Shown here piece after piece: positions 55,601 to 60,032 of a stretch of 60,032 nucleotides of DNA. Location of the stretch: NCBI RefSeq assembly GCF_001194135.2, contig NC_068991.1, positions 40,707,994 to 40,768,025 of the forward strand. The letters are read 5' to 3'. The notes below the pieces were generated by a model. It had not been told where the DNA came from. It worked only from the letters and a program-made list of their open reading frames with translations, and did not search any database. Each line of letters begins with the position of its first letter. Position 1 is the first letter of the stretch. Position numbers and translations under genes: made by a program. The DNA comes from Octopus bimaculoides. Lineage: Eukaryota.

Positions 55601-58190
55601 TGGCAAGCCAGGAGGCCACACCAGGCTCCAATCTGATCTGGCAATATTTCTACAGCTGGATGCCCTTCCTAATGCCAACCACTCCGAGAGTGTAGTGGGC
55701 GCTTTTATGTGCCACTAGCACAGGAGCCAGTCAGGCAACACTGGCATCAACCATGTTCAGATGGTGCTTTTTACGTGCTACCGGCACAAGAGCCAGTCGG
55801 GGTGGCGGCTGGCATCGACCACATTCGGATATTGCTTTCTATGTGCCTCTGGCAACGACTCATGCATGAATGATACTTATTGTGTGCCACCAGCATGAAA
55901 ACCAGTCAGGCAGCACTGGCAGCAGCCACAGCTACAATTTCCATTTTTGATTGTGATTTGATTTTACTTGACTCAATAGGTCTCCTCAAGCTCGGTGTGT
56001 CACCTGACAATTCAAAGGTACTTTTTAAATGGGCTGGTTATGTGACACTGGTATAGGTTACAGCTGTGATCTCACTTTACTTACCGGGTCTTCTCAGTCA
56101 CAGCATATCTCCAGAGGTCTTGGTCTCTTGTCATCGCCTCTGTGAGGCCCAACATTCGAAGGCCATGCTTCACCACCTCATCCCATGTCTTCCTGGGTCT
56201 CCCTCTTCCACAGTTTCCTTCCACTGTTAGGGAATGCCACTTCTTCACACGGCTCTCCTCATCCATACACAGCACAGCCATCTCTCTTGCACACCACATT
56301 TGATGCTTCTTATGTCCAACATTTCTCTCAGGGCACTTACACTCCATTGTGTGTGCACACTGACATTACACATCCAGCAGAGCATACAAGCTTTATTTCT
56401 TTCAAGCTTACGCACGTCTTCAGCAGTGATGGCCCATGTTTCATTGCTGTGTAGCATGGCAGTTCGCACACATGCATCGTACAGTCTAGCTTTCACTCTG
56501 AGCGAGAGGCCCTTTGTTACCAGTAGAGGTAGGAGCTTTCTGAACTTTACCCAGGCTATTCTTATTCTAGTGGCAATGCTCTCCGAGCATCCATCCCCAC
56601 TACAGACTTGGTTACCTAGGTAGTGGAAGCTATTGCCCCTGTACATCTGCTGCAAACAAAAGCTGTCATCCTGGTTAACCTGCTTTTGATATCGCTGCAC
56701 TTCTTATGCATCCATAGCTTACACTGGGTACATTGTATGGAGTTTCTACCTACACCTTTTCTCCAGATCTAGCAGGGCCATCTACCTGAAGGGGTTTGTG
56801 ATTTGCTCGTCTTCCTACTTACTAGAACTTTGGTTTTTGCAACATTGACTCGAAGGCTTGCTTCCACGCCTGAAATTTCTTCTCTAGTTCTGGTAGTCAT
56901 TCTGTTTTGAGAGCAAGGTCATCAGCATATAAGAGCTCCCTGGAGCATCCTGTCTTGAATTCCCCTGTTATTGCCCGGAGGACTATGATGAATAAGAGGG
57001 GCCTGAGGGCTGATCCTTGATGAACCCCTACTTCTACCCCGGAATTCTTACTCATTGCTGACTCTTACCTTACTGACAGCATCCCTGTACAGGGCCTATA
57101 CAGCTCTTATAAACCACTTGTCTATTCCTAATTTCTGCATCGCCCACCAGATAAGGGATCAGAGGACCCTGTCAAAGCTTTCTCCAAGTCAACAAAAGCC
57201 AAGTGTAGGGGTTTATCTTTCTCCTGCAGTTGCCTTACTAGGAATATAGCATCAGTGGTGTTTCTACCTGGCACAAAATAGTTTGATACCCCTTTAGTTA
57301 TTTCTATCTAAAGCATCAATTTTACCTTTGTAGCAGTTGACTATGGTGTGGCTACGCCAGTCATTGGGTATGATTCCTTCGTGAACTACTTGGTTTACAA
57401 TATGGGTGACTAGACCATAAACCACACCACCAGATATTTTAAGCATCTCAGCAGCGATTCCTGATGGGCCAGGGGCTTTTCCTGACTTTCTTTGCAGAAT
57501 CATTAAAAGCAAGTGCACCATCATCCATGTGGACATATTTCTCTCCTGTAACATCGCAATTTTCTCTCACACACTGTCTTGCAATCCGAAATACTTCAGT
57601 TCTCTGGTCTTCATGTCGCTGAACATTGGCAAACATCTTCTTTTCTGCTTCTTCCTTGGCTATGTATACCTGTCGCCCAGGCTCCCTTCTGGCTATCTGG
57701 TACAGTTCCCTGCTACCACCACTCTTCCATGACCCACCATATATTGGGCTAACACTTTATCTATCTCCCCCTACACCTCCTTTTCTCTCAATATGTCTGG
57801 GTTTTTTTTTTTAAATTATATCTTTCTTTAGTACATAATATACCTATAATTATTTTATTTTATTTGCATTATGCGTTCATTAAACCCTCTCAACTATTAC
57901 TATAACTATTACTGGTTTATGTTACTATAACTATTACTGGTTTATGTTACTATAACTATTACTGGTTTATGTTACTTGTCACTATTGCTGATATATGCTA
58001 ACATGTATGCACATATAGTACTTCTTGGTGTACTACATGTCTACAACCATGTGTACATATCTGGGTATGGATCTTATATGTCATCTGTGTGTGTATGTCT
58101 ATTATTTTGTGTTTATTTACTATATGTTGCCACTCACGTGTATCTTTTAATATGACCGTGTGTATCTGTGTATATACATGTTTCGCATAA

Positions 58191-58243
<53 letters not shown>

Positions 58244-59066
58244 GTGTGTGTGTGTATATATATGTACACACACAGTGGGCTTCTACACAGTTTCCCTCTA
58301 CCAAATTCACCATGTAGTTTTCAAGCAAAGTTTTTTACACAGCTATACTTGTGCTAGTGGAGGCACAATGGCCCAGGATCGCGATTTCAATTCCCAGACC
58401 GGGCGTTGTGAGTGTTTATTGAGCAAAAACACCTAAAGCTCCACGATGCTCCGGCAGGGGATGGTGGCGAACCCTGCTGTACTCTTCCACCACAACTTTC
58501 TCTCACTCTTACTTCCTGTTTCTGTTGTGCCTGTAATTCAAAGGGGTCAGCCTTGTCACACTGTGTCACGCTGATTATCCCCAAGAACTACGTTAAGGGT
58601 ACACGTGTCTGGAGTGCTCATCTACTTGCACGTTAATTTCACGAGCAGGCTGTTCTGTTGATTGGATCAACTGGAACCCTCGACGGAGTGCCAACAACAA
58701 AATACTTGTGCTTATTTTTTCTTTTTTCTTTTTTTACAGATAATCATTGAAAAGAAATATGGTGTACCAGCATATAAACTACGTATGTACTGTCATTACA
58801 AACCATCTTATCCTCATTTCCATGTTCATATAAACAACATCAAACTGGACTGCCCTGGGAAAGACGTTCATGCAGCTCACCTTCTTAGTGATATTATTCA
58901 AAATATTCAACTTAAAAATACTTACTATTTGGACAGAACAATAACATATCAGGTAAAACAGAAAACGTTGTTGTATGAGCAACTGAAAAGTGCTGGTTAT
59001 ATAGAAAAACAAGATGAAAATAACCCATGTGAAGTAAAAGATCTGGTTGAGCAATCACAGAAATGA
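46306..59066 (+). CDS. DCPS: m7GpppX diphosphatase (scavenger mRNA decapping enzyme, HIT family), 4 exons, 337 aa
   Basis: join(46306-46621,51913-52058,54455-54679,58740-59066) = 1014 nt, phases 1,0,0. Motifs DVKATFINPAT, HETPEIY, WVYNIL, PDLKW, SIRDL, HYKPSYPHFHVH, AHLL are DcpS-family signatures. Confidence 0.95.
47277..48650. repeat. Inverted repeat pair (47277-47527 and 48361-48650) around the gap
   Basis: Arms reverse complementary but visibly diverged, with indels. Confidence 0.8.
47528..48229. other. Assembly gap
   Basis: N run. Confidence 0.99.
49008..49310 (+). pseudogene. pogo/Tigger transposase fossil
   Basis: One frame with stops: ICKRANSIY..EEFKTSEGGLELFKKRSGI...HGE...HDETGFF (CENP-B HTH plus first catalytic D). 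Confidence 0.7.
50552..50880. mobile_element. TA-flanked Tc1/mariner-pogo-type MITE
   Basis: 28-bp TIR taccgtaaaaacccatgtaatttacgca with 2 mismatches, both CpG transitions. Confidence 0.8.
51494..51723. mobile_element. TTAA MITE copy 3
   Basis: TTAAccatttagcat...aatgctaaagggTTAA. Confidence 0.78.
51913..52058 (+). CDS. DCPS: DcpS exon 2
   Basis: tttgcag acceptor, gtatgt donor; DVKATFINPATDFHITKY. Confidence 0.92.
52770..53370 (+). mobile_element. Old RTE-clade LINE C-terminal fragment (third family)
   Basis: EISKTIRAEWMAFNSIKDVL...LFSSTILP...RAMERSMLG with stops and frameshifts. Confidence 0.65.
54455..54679 (+). CDS. DCPS: DcpS exon 3
   Basis: ttttcag acceptor, gtaagt donor; WVYNILDKKSE...PDLKW. 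Confidence 0.93.
55561..57745 (-). mobile_element. Second copy of the PHD-containing RTE LINE, 5'-truncated and decayed
   Basis: KAPGPSGIAAEMLK, NCYKGK, AFVDLEKA, PHD relic, same 3' UTR minisatellite and (GAT)n tail. Confidence 0.9.
57898..57976. repeat. Perfect 25-bp tandem repeat x3
   Basis: tactataactattactggtttatgt at 57898, 57923, 57948. Confidence 0.95.
58357..58700 (+). mobile_element. SINE family C with (CAA)n tail
   Basis: Shares core ccttgtcacac...gttaagggt...gcaggctgtt with 5938-6248. Confidence 0.75.
58740..59066 (+). CDS. DCPS: DcpS exon 4 with HIT triad
   Basis: long pyrimidine tract + cag; HFHVH at 58815-58829; TGA at 59064-59066. Confidence 0.93.
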   Translation: MIIEKKYGVPAYKLRMYCHYKPSYPHFHVHINNIKLDCPGKDVHAAHLLSDIIQNIQLKNTYYLDRTITYQVKQKTLLYEQLKSAGYIEKQDENNPCEVKDLVEQSQK

Positions 59067-59540
59067 TATTTCATTTTTATATTCATTTTATCACCTCAGT
59101 TTAGTATTTTTATGCTCATTCCATCACATGATTTTAGTACTGAATCTTTGGTCGGAAAACTGACTGCATTGGTACATTTTGTCTTGTGAACGTTGATATT
59201 TGGGATCACAGGTGTGATGCTTATTGTGAGAAAGAATGGAAGTACTCTTAGAAAATATGAGTCACCACACTGGTGACAATGGTTTAAGTAAAGAAATTCT
59301 TTGAAATTATTCAATACCTGTTCCTTATATTTTAAAATATTTTGAAATTTTTGTTGTATCTGTAACTGAATGTAATAGCTTTAATATAGCAACCTAATTT
59401 TAAAGACATCAATAGTTTGTATTGTATGTAGACATCTTGATATTGGTTTCAAATTTTGGCACATGGCCAGCAATTTCGGGGAGCTGCGTACATTGGTTAC
59501 GTCAACCCCAAAAGGATGAAATGCAAAGTCAACCTTTGAA

Positions 59541-59713
59541 TCTATATATATATAAAGATGAGAATGTCTGTCTGTCTGTGTGAATCCCTAAAACTTGAGA
59601 ACTACCCAACTGATTTCATTCAAATTTTACATGTTTTACTTAGGGTCTATGTAGTGTCATGGGCCCCAAAAAATTTTCAACTTCTTGCCTAATGCGTGCC
59701 CAGAACAATATAG
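59541..59713 (+). mobile_element. Short non-autonomous Helitron-like element
   Basis: A|TCTATATATATAAAG start, (TCTG)n, ends ATAG|T (degenerate CTAG). Confidence 0.45.
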
Positions 59714-59719
59714 TATAGA

Positions 59720-59753
<34 letters not shown>

Positions 59754-59763
59754 CGCACACATG

Positions 59764-59794
<31 letters not shown>

Positions 59795-59805
59795 TTATTT
59801 ATTTA

Positions 59806-60032
59806 TGTGTTTCAGCCAAGTGGCTGCGGTCATGCTGGTGCACCACCGTGATTTTCACGTTCCTCGCATGGCTCTTCTCCCCCACCTGACATGGTCCAAT
59901 CAAGAGTTTTGATGGCACATCTGGTGTATAAGAGAATTTGACACAGCTGCCCTAAACTGCGTCTCATTACGAGCCGTTGGTTCGTCTGGTACCGTGGAGA
60001 GGAAAGTGTCAAGTTTTGTCTTGAAGACCTCC
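59806..60032 (-). mobile_element. 3' end of a CR1/L2-clade LINE
   Basis: EVFKTKLDTFLSTVPDEP...RAAVSNSLIHQ* followed by 3' UTR hairpin and microsatellite tail. Confidence 0.7.

Overview
Eukaryotic genomic DNA: AT-rich, microsatellite-dense, with two N gaps. The SINE and LINE families look like those of octopus (coleoid cephalopod); that assignment is an inference. Two spliced + strand genes can be rebuilt by hand with consistent GT-AG phases. (1) The 3' part of a very long coiled-coil gene: 17 coding exons at 186-37627, 5930 nt, about 1976 aa, N-terminus outside the window. Its tail carries NuMA/Mud hallmarks (CEDEP..DW.R..E+..RN..VP.HL+S.YP.E and R.SMAF.I.NTPK). (2) A complete 4-exon DcpS scavenger decapping gene (46306-59066, 337 aa, intact HxHxH triad). 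The rest is layered transposon debris: three tRNA-derived SINE families, RTE-clade and CR1-like LINEs, a solo LTR with a 4-bp TSD, MITEs, Helitron/Helentron pieces, a pogo transposase fossil, and Penelope-type repeats with degenerate minimal hammerhead motifs. Best leads: an intronic inverted repeat carrying twin hammerhead motifs, a duplicated splice acceptor that could make a tail-less NuMA isoform, a palindromic promoter in the solo LTR upstream of DcpS, an antisense tRNA-like head abutting the DcpS start, and a SINE/LINE shared 3' hairpin with a compensatory pair. There is no prokaryotic content and no CRISPR array. All comparisons to known proteins are by eye from memory; no searches were run.
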